In this document: piece after piece, positions 12,357 through 26,340 of the stretch
How positions within the stretch are numbered: the first letter of the stretch is position 1
Layout: every line of letters begins with the position of its first letter
Source: Callorhinchus milii
Taxonomy: Eukaryota
Reading direction: 5' to 3'
DNA length: 64,000 nucleotides
Assembly (NCBI RefSeq): GCF_018977255.1
Contig: NW_024704742.1
Location: 60,948,001 to 61,012,000 of the forward strand
Made by a program: the position numbers and the translations under genes
The notes under the pieces: generated by a model
The model's database searches: none
Told to the model about the DNA's origin: nothing
Seen by the model: only the letters and a program-made list of their open reading frames with translations

Positions 12357-12559
12357 GTATGTAAGCCAATTGGAGGGTTATATTTTTTACATCTAGGCAC
12401 GTCTGTCAAATTAACAAATACCTACTCCACAGATCTAAAATATAGTTCAATATAACTTAAAATTGGTGTATGTTGGGGGAAAAGTAAGGAGCAGACTTAT
12501 ACCCTGGAGACTGGAAGAGCAGTGTGACCTCAGAGCATAAAGTGCAAACAGATTTTGTT

Positions 12560-13530
12560 TTTTATCAATCCATTGAATATAAAAGTAAGGCAGTGATGAT
12601 GAATCTGTATTAGACATTGGTTAAGAACATAATTGGAATATTGTGTGGCAGTTTAGACACCACATTGTAGAAAGGATATTTGAGTTATGAAAGAGGATGC
12701 AGAGTAGATTAACAGGGATGATACAGGAGATGAAAGGATAATAATAATAATAATCCTTGCATTTGATATAGCACTTTTCACGTCGGGAGGACGTCCCAAA
12801 GCGCTTCACAGAACACACTGTAAAGTGAATTGACTGTATATTTGTGGGCGAACGCGGCAGCCAATTGCACACAGCAATGTCCCACAAACAGTTGTAGATT
12901 GAAAATGACCAATTTATTATTGTTTTGGGCTTTGGAGGGATTATTATTATTAGGCGCTTGGAGTAAGGAAACTTGCCCAAGGTTTCGCCCTGCCTGGAAT
13001 TGAACTCAGGTCTCCTACTTGCAAAGCGAGTGCTCTAACCACTGAGCTACAGGACTCCAGGATATAGTTACAGGAGCTACAGGATATAGTTATTAGGAGA
13101 TGCTGAAGAGGTTAGGACTCTCCCTGTTGGAACAGAGAAAGCTGAAGTGAATTGTTAGTGCCGTTTAAGATAATTAAAGGGTTTAAGATAATTCATTGCG
13201 AAAAGGAGGTTGCCTCTCCATTGGTAAGGGATATGAAGACAGGAGGGTGTGACTACAAGATTGTGACTACATAGTTACACAGAGTGATATGACACAGAGA
13301 CAGACCATTTGTCCAATTTAGTCCATGCTAGTATGAGGATAAAAAGAGAGAAGTGGAAGTAATGGAACTTCTCCCAGAGGCTTGCTAGAAATTGGAATGA
13401 TTTGGTAGGGGAGCGGTTAGATCAGCATTGATCACAGCATTCAAAAGAGATTTGGCCAGACGCACGCAGAGGAAGGCCATTAGAGGGTATAGGAAAATAG
13501 CAGAGAATTGGTATTAGGATAGGTGGCCTC
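12560..13530 (+). mobile_element. Degenerate CR1 3' fragment hosting a SINE
   Basis: ttggaatattgtgtg/gatgcagagtagattaacagggatgat motifs resemble other CR1 copies in window. Confidence 0.7.
12741..13058 (-). mobile_element. Young tRNA-SINE, short subfamily, TSD AGGATA
   Basis: Near-identical to 44812-45130 and 61805-62130; AGGATA at 12735-12740 and 13059-13064. Confidence 0.92.
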
Positions 13531-13828
13531 TTGGAGGAGCAAACATTTCGCTCACAAAATATACCGTCTATTATATATATATATTTATATATATTTACAA
13601 TATATTCTGTGAAGTGCTTTGAGATGTTTCAATGATGTGATAAGGATTATTATACATCAAATGCAAGGATTAATATTGTTATTGACACATAAAAATGGGC
13701 CAAATGGTTTCACAATTAAACTGCAGGACCACATTAGAAATTAAGTTTAATTTGTTGACTAGTTTAGCAAATTGTGCGTTATATTTAATTGTGCATTGTA
13801 TTTACAGGTTGGACTAATCACGTGCATA

Positions 13829-14706
13829 CAACAACAACAATATTACATTTGTATAATGCTTTTCACGTCGGGAGGACGTCCCAAGGCACTGGATCCGAGC
13901 TGGGGTCAGGGAAGGAGAAGGAGGGTGGGAGGGGAAGGGGAGTGACCAATGGCATGGTCGAAGAGGAGGGTTTCAAGGTGGGACTTGAAGGAGGCTAAGG
14001 AGGGGGCGAGGCAGAGTGATTGGGGGATGGAATTCCAGAGGTTGGGGGCAGAGTGGCTGAAGGCTCTCCCGCCAATTGGTGGGGCGGGTGGGTCGGGGGA
14101 CGTGGAGCAGGTCAGAGCCGGCTGAGCGGAGGGAACGGGAGGGTTGGTAAGAGGTTAGGAGGTCACAGAGGTAGGGTGGGGCGAGTCCATGGAGGGCTTT
14201 GCAGGTGAGGACCAGGATCTTGAACTGGATCCTCTGAAGGATAGGGAGCCAATGGAGTCGGGCGAGAATGGGGGAGATGGAGTCAGGAGTTTCATGCGGG
14301 AGAGAACACGGGCTGCAGAGTTCTGGATTATCTGCAGTCTGTGGAGGGAGGAGTTGGGAAGGCCGACAAGCAGGACATTTGCATAGTCGAGCCTGGAGAT
14401 GATGAAGGCATGAACAAGAGTTTCAGTGGCCTGAGGGGTGAGGTAGTGGCGGAATCAGGTGATGTTACGGAGGTGAGGGAAGGCAGAGCGGGTCATGGGT
14501 TGGATGTGGGGAGGAAAAGACAGTTGAGGGTCGAAAAAGACACCCAGGTTCATGACTGGCGGTGAGTTGAAGTGTGCAACCATGGAGGTTGATGCTGCCA
14601 GGGCCTGAGGTGCTGAGGCGCTGGCGTGAGCCAATCAGGAGGGCCTCAGTCTTGTTCACATTCAACTGTAGGAAATTTGCCCTCATCCAGGACTTGATGT
14701 CCGACA
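13829..14706 (-). mobile_element. L2 LINE 3' fragment
   Basis: DIKSWMRANFLQLNVNKTEALLIGS; (AAC)n tail; same family as 4475-5740. Confidence 0.92.
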
Positions 14707-16270
14707 TGTGCACAGTGGGAATTATTTGATTAAAAACAAATGACAATCATTATAGATGATTCTATAATCCTTTACATTAGTTAATTACGCAATTAAAGGT
14801 ACGCAGATGCTCTAAAATTTCACACAACTATCTCTGGGATGCAAAGGGAAATGTTGCAGGATTCTATTTCAGATGTTGGGTAGAGACCATGATAAATCAC
14901 AGGTATGCTTGACATGTAGAACAGGCTTGATGGGTTGAATGACATTTTGTCATTCCATGCTCTTATTTCTTTTTATGCCATCATTCAGAATGCATAGGCT
15001 GTGATAAAAGCAAATATAACCTCTTTTAATTTTCGCGGTTGTTTTAAGAAGTAATGAGAGCTGAAACACCATATAAAAAATGTGTGAAATGAACTGTTCA
15101 AGTCTAGAGTTTATTAACAGATTATTCAAATATTCAAAGGATATGTGCAGAATAGATTTGTCTGTCGTATTATTGTTATCATACTAATGTTTTTGAAAGT
15201 GTATCAATGAAGATAGGTTATTACTAAAATAAATTGGGTTTGGTAGTAGTTACAACCAGTAATTTCTGTAGATGATGAGTTAAAGAAGTGGGATATGAGG
15301 GCAGAATAGGGTATGAGCACAGAGTGGGGATATGGTTTCTTGCTTGTGATGGACCAGTGAGCATGAATACTCAAGGCTCCAATGTATTGGAATGACATTT
15401 TCAGAAGTAAAGTGATATATTGCCTTAGAATGTATTGACCAACACCTGCTGAATTATAATAATAATAATGCTTGCATTTGATATAGCACTTTTCATGTCT
15501 TTTAGATGTCTCAAAGTGCTTCATAGAATATATTGTAAAGTAAAGTGAATTTACTGTATATTTGTGGGTGAAACAATTATGAAGTTGCTTCAGCGTGCTG
15601 GTTTGGGGCAATATGAAAATATGTATTCCACAGGAGTGATCCAGTTGAATTTTTCGCTAACCCAAGGACAGAGTCAAATTTGGGATCTCTTGCAGTCTCA
15701 GCACATACTCCAAAACAATACAATAATAAATTGGTCATTTTCAATCCACGACTGTTTGTGAGACACTGCTGTGCACAATTGACTGCCACGTTTCGCCCAC
15801 AACTATACAGTCAATTCACTTTACAGTCTATTCTGTGAAGCACTTTGAGACGTCTAGAAGACGTGAAAAGCGCTATGTCAAATGCAACGATTATTATTAT
15901 TATTATTTATATTGCATCAGTGATAAATGGCCAATGTTTTTCTTTGTTTGAATGTTTTTAAATCCTAAATTTACACTTTAAATGAGATGAACATGTAAAC
16001 AGATGTCTCAGATGTCTGAACATGGCTGAAATTCAACGAATAAAATCAACATTACAGACAATTCAAAATAAGAAGGCAACATCAATTCAAAAATGTTTAC
16101 CAGACAATATAAGACACACTTTAAATATTATAAGGGTAATGAATACTTGCACCTACCTCTAACTGGACAGGCAACTATTTGTTTTGGAAGTTTGAGTGTT
16201 TAGTCTTTTGTCAGAATGGGTGGATTATTGTATCATATGTTTCATTTAAAGTTTTCTTTTCCTTTCCAAG

Positions 16271-16389
16271 TTCTTCAAAAGGAGAAACTTGAGCTTGCCC
16301 AGGAATCTAATTAATGGCACTGTTCATCGTTGGCCTGGAGCAGCAGAATCGTTAATACAGTACATTCATAATATGCTAACAAACAGAAA
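16271..16389 (+). CDS. SPATA4: SPATA4-like exon 3 (FFKRRNLSLPRNLINGTVHRWPGAAESLIQYIHNMLTNRK)
   Basis: Hand translation aligns with SPATA4 LPKELIHGTIHCK...LLTHR; ccaag acceptor, gtgagt donor. Confidence 0.9.
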
Positions 16390-17124
16390 GTGAGTACTCA
16401 TGCATCATTTCCTATTAGTCAGTTTGTGACATCTCCCATCTCTTACCACTATTGGGTGGTTTATAATGTATTCTTATGATAATGACTGCTCCATTTTTAC
16501 TTCTTAGTTCTACCCACAAGGATTCTCTCTTAGTATTACTCTCTTCAAAATCCTTGCGCTCTATCACTGTAAGGGAGTGTCAGATTAATATCTCCACCTC
16601 TCCATCCGATCTCCCTTCACTATCAATTCTGAAAATGCTACACTCAGGAATGTTTAGTTCCAATCCTAACCATCCTGAAGCCACATTTCTGTTGACAGTA
16701 TTACATCTTATCTCCCTTTCCCAATTAGGACTTCACTTTCATCCATTTTATTTCTAACTGTGCATTTGTATATAAACATTTTATATCCTGCTCTGCTTTT
16801 TTTTCTGTTCCCCTTTCCTGCTCCCTCTATTATATTTTCTCCTTATTTTTTCCTTACTTCCGTATTCTCTGATTTTCTGTCTTGCTTTTTCCAATCCCCA
16901 TCTCCCACATCTTATCTACAAGTTGAAATCTTTCCCCATTGCCTATTTAGATTTTCTGCAAATACATTTGCTCCCATTTTGTCAAGGAGTAAGTCATCCC
17001 ATCTGTACTTCTGACCTTGTCCCAGAACGTGCCCCAATGTGATACAAATCTAAACCTACTCCCCTGCACTACTTTATCAGCCACATATTTATTTCCCTAA
17101 TCTAAATGTTTTGTTTGTTTTCAG

Positions 17125-17345
17125 AGCAAAACTCATCATGGATGATGAAACAGATTTTATGGACAGTAGCTACCAAAACAAATTGCCAGCTGTTGCTCGG
17201 TCGACTGCTGCCCACGCTATTAGAAGCAACTATAGGAGCAGCGAGATGGCCCTTGAACCTGACACTTTTAAGATTAAGCAGAAAACACTGGGTATTATCA
17301 ACGTACATATGCAACACAGGCAAACAGATAAAATGTCCAAATCAA
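17125..17345 (+). CDS. SPATA4: SPATA4-like exon 4 (AKLIMDDETDFMDSSYQNKLPAVARSTAAHAIRSN...)
   Basis: Matches SPATA4 FTDYSYQMRLPLVSRST region; ttcag acceptor, gtaagt donor. Confidence 0.92.
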
Positions 17346-17702
17346 GTAAGTAAATACAACTTTAAAAAACGTCCTGTCAAATCCACTCAGTAAATTATCC
17401 TATACTTATGATGAATTAAGTCATTCACTTCATGACTGTTTCTGGGGCATTGCTGTGCACCAATTACCTGCTCGCAAAACACAGTCACTACATTTTAGAT
17501 ACAGTATGTCTTGTGCTGCGCTTTGGGGTGTCCTCCCGACGTGAAAGGTGCGATACCAAATGTAAGAATTATTATTGTTTCTGTTTTAGATAGATATCCT
17601 GATATTCAGAGAACCATTCAATGTATAGTAGACAATAAATCGAATACATTTGTTTTGGATTAAAAACATTGAAGTGAGAAAGGTGCATTGGAAAAGGAAA
17701 AG

Positions 17703-18046
17703 AGGGTGTAGTCCTTTAGCTCAGTGGTTAGAGCACTTACCTCGCAAGCGAGAGGACCTGGGTTCGATTCCCGGCAGGGCGAAACGTTGGGCAATTTTTG
17801 TTTCTCCACATGCCTCTGTTAACCTAGCAGTAAGTAGGAACCCGGTTGTTAGTCGATTGGCATATTGCTTTTCTGGGGGTAGTAATTCCTTCCAAATAAA
17901 TAAAAATAATTTTGTCACTCAATCCACCAGTTGCTGTGTTTCGCCCACAAAAGTCAATTCATTTTACAGTATATTCTGTGAAGTGCTTTGAGAAATCTTG
18001 AACACATGATAAGGTGCTATATCAAATGCAAAGATTATTATTATTA
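17703..18046 (+). mobile_element. tRNA-SINE, long subfamily
   Basis: tagctcagtggttagagc/gggttcgattccc boxes; shared body and tail. Confidence 0.85.
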
Positions 18047-18408
18047 CTTGAGCAGGAGTTGGTAGAGTAGAGAAAGAGGCCAAGGAACTAGGGTTACATT
18101 GCAGGAATTTTGTAAAAGAACATACAGTCTTCACCTAGGTAGAATTTTCTACCTCAAGGTGCTTATTTATTTGTTTGGAAATTCACTTTAAATAAAATCA
18201 ATCTAAAACTAATATTAGAAACATCACTGCGGTAGAAATTGATAGCGTGTGTAGTGTTTGACTGACATTGACGCATATAAAATTATGTTTTTTCTCCTAA
18301 TATTGACAAAAGAATTAAGATGAATGCTTAAACATTTTGAAACTGTGGTATGTACATTTTTGTTTTTTTAATATATTATTCTATTCATTGTATTGTTTTT
18401 ATTTTTAG

Positions 18409-18522
18409 AGCGTTTTCATAAAAAGCCCACTCTGGGAGAACAAGCTGTGAGACTTGCCCTCCCAGCACACAGGTACGAGGACATGAGTGCCAAGAAGACA
18501 GAGAAATCAGGAACTATTCCAC
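18409..18522 (+). CDS. SPATA4: SPATA4-like exon 5 (RFHKKPTLGEQAVRL...GTIP)
   Basis: KPTxGE motif; tttag acceptor, gtaagt donor, phase consistent. Confidence 0.88.
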
Positions 18523-19471
18523 GTAAGTGCAAAGTTTCTTTCCTATTTTACCAATAATGAATACTATAATAAGAAGAATTATAATAAAATAATAATCTCC
18601 CACAAAATACACAATCAGTTCACTTGACATTACATCTGTGAAGCGCTGTGAGATGTCTCAACAACCTGATGAGGCACTATGAAATGCAAGGATTTTTATT
18701 ATCATTGTTATTGTTATTGTGAAATACTAATTATTATTATTTCTTTCCTAGTTCTACCTCAGCTTGAACTACTCTTTTGATTGATTTGATTCTTATAAAC
18801 AACTACCATCCAAATTAAGACTAAATCCAAAACATTTCCACAATTCTTCATGACACTAAATTTTAGACCAAGCAAACTTAAAAGTTAAGAATAGATAGAA
18901 TTTTGATCTTAGGAAGTGTTTCAATGTTTTACTTTTGGAATTCTAAATTGAGCAAATTTAGTAAATTGCAGTATGTTGTTCTGTAATCGTATTTGCCAAT
19001 ATGTTCGGCTAAAAGTATTTCCAGCTGGTCCAATTTATTTTCTCACCAATCTGAAACGCTGGTCTCTATAGGCTTAAATATTACTTCTTTGATGGTGTGG
19101 TGCTAACGCCCCTCCCAATCCCACTCTCAATGTTATTGCTAGCAATTTGCATCCCTCACCTTCAAATCTGTTTTGCTAGTTCTTCAGTAAATTGCTGTGG
19201 ATGAAGAAAACCCTTCAGCCCCTTTGATCTCATCTCTCCAGAATACACACTGTATTGCCTTCCCTTCACAGCATCAAGATTTGAAATAAATCTAGTGTTG
19301 TGACCTCAACCACCCTTTCTGGCAACCTGTTCCAGTCATTAATCAGCCCTTGGGGAAAGAACAACCGGTGTCTATCATGAAATTGTCCTTTACCACTCTA
19401 AATGTATTGTTCAGGATGATAGCAGTTATTCTCATTTTATCTGGATTAATATGCAATGTTTTGTTTTCTAG

Positions 19472-19593
19472 GTACAGAATTGCATACTTCAGATATTCGA
19501 AGTAAAATCAATGTTCAGTTTAAGGAAGTCAGTGTGAAGCAGATTGTTAGACATTCCATTCCAAGTGTGCAACTTAGTACAGCGTTGTTTTAA
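19472..19593 (+). CDS. SPATA4: SPATA4-like last coding exon (TELHTSDIRSKINVQFKEVSVKQ...TALF*)
   Basis: EVSVKQ resembles EIHVKQ; ctag acceptor; total CDS 1152 nt is in frame; AATAAA near 19817. Confidence 0.82.
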
Positions 19594-20984
19594 ATAATTA
19601 AAGAGGGTTTGGAAATGGAGTCTGTAAGCTCCATTTTCAGTTAGTAATACAATGGGTATTTTGTTATTTTCTTTTAAAATGAATAATATACAAATCACCA
19701 AGGAATAATCATAAATTCTGTTATTACATTGCTATAATTTCAATTAGTAAATGTGTTGTCTAACTATAAACTGATAAGTCTTTGACCGAAATGTGATGCA
19801 GTAACTATTATTTGGGAATAAACCAAATTATTTGTATGACTGTCTACTGTCATTTGTAAAGAATTTTCAGCCTGAATGTCTTCATTTGTTTGCTTCAAAT
19901 ATTATTTCTTCTTCATATGTATTAGGAATAGAAATAAGGGCAAACAAATTGAAAAGCATGAAAAAAAACTGTCCGATTTAAAAGACTTTTCAGTTTGAAC
20001 AAGTGTGGCCTTCTCTTACCATGAAACTTCCTCTTCTTTGCTGTACATCAGTGCCACCCCATCCACTGTTTCTGCATCTGATCCAGAAACTGAAGGTAAC
20101 GCTTCAGAATAAAATCTGATACAGCTGAGAAGCAGATGATTCCCTGACTAAGATGGTGCAACAAAGGCGCATTTGTTTTCCTCCTATGTGCTCTGATGGC
20201 AATTCCTTCAGAGGAATTTACGGGCATTTCACCCACAAAATATAGTCAATACACTTTACAATATATTCTGTGAAGTGCTTTGAGACATCTCTAAGATATG
20301 ATAAGGCACTATATCAAAAACAAAAGGTTATTAGTATTATATTATCGTGGAAGCTCAGCAACATTATTAACATACAAAATGGCTAATGGCTATTCCAGAA
20401 GTAAAAAGAAAACAAAACTTGGACAACAAAAAAAAATTCCACCACATTCACCATATTCCAGAAACCTTGCACTGAAACAAAAGTAGTGGGGAGAAAACTC
20501 CCAAACCTTAACATTGACATTTTTGATTTTTCACCAATCTGGTGCTTATCAGTCAGAGGCAAACTTCAAATATCTCACTCTTTTTCTGAATACAAGATAC
20601 CATTTGCTCTTCTCTAGTCCTCAGTTAACAGCTACTGTATTTATGAAGATCGTAAAACATTAAACACAGCCTCATTATGTATGAATATTTTAAGAGGGCA
20701 AATGAAATGCAGATTTTAGATGTCAGTAATGCTGGCTATGTTTGGAATTATAGACGTTTTAAAGATCAACAGATAGATCCTTTAAAATAAACTCCAAAGT
20801 GATATACAAGTTAGAGAAATGCCAATTATGTTAAATAGATTTTCATATCTTCCAGGCAATCAGGCCAGGCAGAATATAATAGTTATAATGCTAGCATTTG
20901 AGATAGCGCCTTATCATGTCGTTGAAACGTCTCACAGAATATATTGTAAAGTAGATTGACTGTGTGGGCGAAATGTATCAGCCA

Positions 20985-21120
20985 ATTATCTATTAATATC
21001 ACCTATAATCATAATTACCCATTAATATTACCTAGAATTGTAATTATAATTACCTATTAATATTAATAGTACCTAGAATTATCATATAATTACCTATTAG
21101 TATTAATATCACCTGGAATT
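20985..21120. repeat. Degenerate AT-rich minisatellite (taattacctattaatatt...acctagaat)
   Basis: Three to four imperfect units visible. Confidence 0.6.
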
Positions 21121-21599
21121 CTCAAGGAAATTTTTTCTATCCTTCCTCTGTCTTTATCACTTTCGAAGTTCTCTACTGGATGTTTAATAAACCTATAATT
21201 ACTAACATAGCCAATGCAGGTTGACATTTAAATCTGTTTTTCTATTACCCTCTTAAATCTGTAATCATATTAGCAGATACTTTCAGCCAAAAATATTTCC
21301 AGTTTCTTTTTCCACCAATAAAAAAACTCTGGTCTCAGTAGATTTAAATATTTTTCTGACGGTGAAGTGTTAATGTGTTTACCCCACTCCCCAACCCCAC
21401 TCCCAATTTTACTGCCGGCAATCTGCATCCGAAACCTTCAACAACAAATTACATTTGTATAGCACCTTGCATGGAGGACGTTCCACCTTAATTGGTTTGT
21501 AGAGAGGTAAGCAGCTACTGTTCAAGCTCTGCACCTCCAATAGTGGAACCATCACTCAATGGGAAGAGATGTGTGTCCGAAATGCAGGAAGATGGTAAC

Positions 21600-22367
21600 A
21601 ATGCTCTCACATATTTCATGCTGAACTGTGTTGCCCACCAGGAAGCTCACAGGTAGTTTCTGGTACATGCCATCCACCTAGTAAGGGCTCAAGCCCGAGT
21701 TTGTTGGATGTTAAATGACAACTCGTGACAGTGATCCTGGGTGAGTGGGGGGGAGTGGGGTTGGGTGGGGAAGGAGGAAGGTAAGTGTGGTTTCCTTGGA
21801 GCTGAACTAGGTGACATGCTTGGCAACGGAATGTCAAGATCGAGTCAACCCTCTTAGGTGGTTTCGGGGTAGACCAGTTCTTGAGGCAGGCAGGCTTGCA
21901 GTACTTCAGGGAAGAGCTGATGACAGCACAGCCAGCCTGGCTCATTGGATTTAGATTTAGAAGGGCAGGCTAACCATTGGGGGCAGGGATTCTTTGCATG
22001 AACTCCTGTTAACCCTGCAAACCAAAGCCCGAATGGGCAGGGTGGTCCCATTAGAGAAGAAGCAGGAAAGCTTGCCAGAGAGTGCTTTCAATAGCAAGCT
22101 GTATGATTTTAGCTGGTTGGACTTCAGCAATTTTCCAAAACAAACTCTGGGTCCCCAAGCCTTGGCTCTTGCCAACCTGTGCCTATTACTCTCCAGATTA
22201 GGTAAACAGGATGCATCCCTCCAGGGAGAGTGCACACATTCAATTTCAATAAATATCTTGGGAATTGCTATGAAATGTTGTATGCATGGAGATCTCAGTT
22301 TTGTTTGGATACTCAAGCATGGTGATGGGTTTCTGCCTGTCAGACCCCTGGATGACCAAAAATAAAA
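21600..22367 (+). repeat. Unclassified dispersed repeat, longest copy (left boundary approximate)
   Basis: Homologous to 1855-2200, 28570-28925, 38240-38310 and 48531-49080. Confidence 0.7.
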
Positions 22368-22638
22368 ATCCGTAATACTTTTAAGTTAAGTTCACTTCCT
22401 TTTAAATTTATATATTTTTTGCATCGTCTCAGGAAAATGACTGAAAATTGTCCCTGAAATAATCCAGATGCGAGGATTTGACCAGCACTAACTCAATATA
22501 TGCAGCCCCGTCAGTAAGATTACCAGAATTGGAGAAAATCATCTTCCAAGTTAAGATTTTGCATTGTATTAAAATTTTAATTGAATAGTCTTTAAGACCC
22601 TGAGAAATGTTATTCCTCTGCCCCCTGCAGAAACGTAT

Positions 22639-24105
22639 AACAACAACAACAACAAGATTCCATTTATAGAGTGCCTTTCACATCGGGAGGATGTCCCAAG
22701 GGTCAGGACCCGAGCAGGGGGGAAATGGTGAGGGGAGGGAAGGGAGGGAGCGAGGAGTGGTAGAGAGTCGAGAGGGAGCTGAAGGCACGGTCAAAGAGAA
22801 AGGTCTTGAGACCGGCCTTGAAGGAGGAAAGGGAGGAAGCGGCGAAGGCACTGGGGGATAGAGTTCCAGAGCCTTGGGGCTGAGAGGCTGAATGCCCGGC
22901 CACCGATGGTAGGACGGTTGGGGTGGGAGATGTGGAGCAGACCGGAGCAAGAGGAACGGAGGGTACGGGCAGGTAAGTAGGGGGATAGTAGATCGGAGAG
23001 GTACGAGGGAGCAAGGCCGTGTATGGCCTTGTAGGTGAGGATGAGGATCTTGAATTCGATCCTCTGGGGGATGGGGAGCCAGTGGAGGCGAGCGAGGGTG
23101 AGAGTGATGTGGTTGCGAAGCCTGGTGCGGGACAATACACGAGCTGCAGAGTTCTGAATGACCTGCAGCTTGTGGAGGGAGGTGCCGGGAAGGCCGGCGA
23201 GGAGAGAGTTCGCATAGTCCAGCCTTGAGGTGATAAAGGCGTGGACCAGAGTTTCAGCAGCGTGAGGGGTGAGGTAGTGCCGTAGTCTGGCGATGTTTCG
23301 GAGGTGATGGAAGGCGATGCCAGTTGTGGCGCGGATATGAGGAAGAAAGGACAGCTCAGGCTGTCAGGACAACGGTGGTCGTGGAGTTGAGGGTAGAGGA
23401 GGAAAGGTAGAGTTGGGTGTCATCTGCATACATGTGGAGGTGGGGAGGGGGGTGGAGGTTGTGAGAGGGGTGGAAGTGGTGAAGGAGATGAAATGGTGAT
23501 CGGAGACGTCCTTGTCGGTAATGGTGACATCCGAGACACTGAGGCCCCGGGTGATCACTAAATCAAGTGGGTGGCCGTGACTGTGAGTGGCAGAGTTGAT
23601 GTGGAGGGAGCGGTTGAGTGAGGAGAGCAGGCAGGAGAAGTCCGAGGAGATGGAGCAGGAGGCGGTGAAATGAAGGTTGAAGTCACCCAGGATGATGAGG
23701 CGATCAGAGCAGAGGCAGAGAGATGTTAGTAGGGTAGAAATATCAGAGATGAAGGTGGGAGAGGTTTTAGGGGGCCGGTAGAGGATGAGGATTTTGAGTG
23801 AGAGAAAGGAGGGGTGGGAGAGGGTGAGGTGCTCAAAAGAGGGGAAAGAGCCAGAGGAGTAGGGGGATAGGGCAAGTGGTGTCCTTGAGATAAGGGCTAC
23901 ACCACCACCACAGCGGTTGGGGCGAGGGATGTGGTGGGAGGTGTAGCCGGGTGGTGTGGCCTCTGTGAGGGGGAAGGTGTCCTGGGGTGAGCCAGGTTTC
24001 CATTAAGGCCATGATGTCAACGCTCTCATCAAGGATGAGATCGTTGATGATCAGGGCCTTGTTACAGAGGGAGCGGACATTTTGTAATCCGATGTGGAGG
24101 GAGCA
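22639..24105 (-). mobile_element. Internally deleted L2 LINE (endonuclease N-terminus, RT fragment, 3' end)
   Basis: LQNVRSLCNK...IMALMETWL and SDHHFI (APE); YADD-like segment 23364-23432; LHWLPIPQRIEFK; (AAC)n tail. Confidence 0.88.
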
Positions 24106-24839
24106 CCTTTCACATTGAATGTCCCAAAGCGCTTCACAGGATATACAGTACTGTAAAGTGCAGTTACTGTGTGTTTTGTGAGAAAATGTGGCAGACAAAT
24201 TGCACGCAGCAGTGTCCTACACACAGCCATAAAGTGATCAATGTTGAATTTGGAGCCATTAGTCAAGGTTTTGTAAAATACAAATATTATTCTACATTTA
24301 GTTGAAGACAACAATTATACATTTTCTTCACCTTCAGGTTAGGGTTAGGGTCTGTGAGCAATGTTCATGTTGAATTAGTCATCAATACATTAATGAGGAT
24401 TTTTTTAAAATACCTTTATTATACAACATAAAACAAGACATAGACATACAATATCTCTTAAGTGACATGAGGGAACACCTAAGCAGTTGTTTTTACCAGA
24501 ATGAAATGGGGACATTTAGACTGAGATATTCATTCACATTGAATTAGTTGTGGGCCTAATTTAGCACAACGAGAACATGAAAATTTGAATAAAACACAAT
24601 CTTGTGAGATTAAATCGACTGAATGCAACACCTTTACATTTAAGACTGCTCAATTTTTTTTAGTGCTTAATGATCAAACATTAAGCCAACAAGCATCAGT
24701 ATACAATAAAATGCAATTTTGAATGAGATTCTAAAATAATGAGGACACAGGTTACCTACATACTCTATGAGGAGAAAAACCTCTTTAGATTTCTTTAAAT
24801 AAAACCAAATCATGTCTGCTTGCCACCACCCAGCTTTCC

Positions 24840-26340
24840 TCTGGCTGGAAGTCAGCGCAGAACATACTTTTTCCACAATATGACCAATATTACCTTAAAA
24901 GAATCCCCCATGAAACATGCTTGATCAGAGATAAGATGCATAATGGCATTCTCTCCCCAGTCCACCCTTCTTCAAATGAGGACTTGTCAGGGATATATAT
25001 GTGTAACAAAAGATCACTCAGCTGATCAAACAATTCCTTCCATAGATTTTGAAGGATGTACTGTATCACAGACCTTACTGAAACCCACTCAATGGGAGGA
25101 AAGATTCTGCAAACTCTCTCTAACCATCGCCTTCCCCAGTAAATCAAGCAATATGACAGACTATCTAATCTTGATCTTACATTATTAATCAATGGCTGGT
25201 TGCTTTCTTTAAATAAGCTTCCATGGATTTTCCATGGTTTCATAAGTGAAGGAAACCTCATGTTTCACTCGCATTTGATCATCACGAGTTACATCTGTAT
25301 CTTATAACTTTCAATCCTGATTCTGACCAGATATTAAGTTGGCTCTGCTTTTTCTTTAAAAAAATAAAGCATTTATCATTACTGCTCTAGTAGGGAGTTA
25401 ATCTACCATTCCGGGGTAGGGATGCTTTCCTCTAATTTGAAGACACATATGTCTGAACTTGCTTCCGTGCGTTTCAACCACTCTTACTGCCAGTCCATTC
25501 TTTCCTCTTGGAAATGTCCTGCCGTTACATGTTACACATCGCAAAAGATCACAAGATTAATTCAAATGAATAAAGCCTTTCGGGCCATTTGATCTCATTC
25601 TCATCCCATCATCCCAACTCTGATCACAATATCAAGTTGTTAATCCATTTGTTAACATCCAGTTGTTAATTACCCTTTGGGCAAATTTCCTGAGGGCCCA
25701 CGTGATTGGCTTCTGATACACCTTGTACTCCCTCGGTCAGAAGTTCCATTTTTAACCACTGGACCTTTTTGCTGGATCGGCCCCTACGCTGCACCCCCGA
25801 CTCGGCACATCCATTTTGCCTGCTTATCCAGTCCACCACTGCCTCCTGGTAAAGAAAAACTTCACAATGTCCATCCTGACTGGGCCCTTTGCAGCTCTAA
25901 ACGTGTGGCTTCTCATTCTACTGTCTGGTGGATCCCAAAGTACAAATTACTTTTTCAGTTCCATTTGAAATTTTATAAGGTCCGCTCTGAGATGTCTTCT
26001 CTCGAGGCTAAAGAGCCCTAGCTTGTCTACTGGAAACCTGCTGTTGAACTCTTCAGCAATCTACCTGTGATCACATTGAAAATCTCCAAAGTCTTTAACT
26101 GGATCTGACACTGTTGAGTTCTGAAGAAGTAACAAAAGTTATATTCATGGCCAATTATTTCCGCTCGAGTTGTTCTATCTATGCTGCGGCTGATCATTTA
26201 GCCTCTGCCTCTTTTACCATCACTCAGGAGTTCCTCAGGCCTTTGTTCTCATTCTCAATTAGTCTCTTCTTCACATTAATGACCCCTTTCTTCATCATCC
26301 CACTTCAGGCAGTTTGCTAATATAAATTGCTATTTTATAT
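24840..26340 (-). mobile_element. Highly degenerate LINE (CR1-like) remnant
   Basis: Weak RT-like residues in minus-strand ORFs; boundaries approximate. Confidence 0.45.

Noticed and set aside
17703..17780. tRNA-Ala-like gene (also heads at 3259, 13058, 45130, 61805)
   Set aside because: Runs directly into SINE body and L2-type tail; these are SINE heads, not tRNA genes
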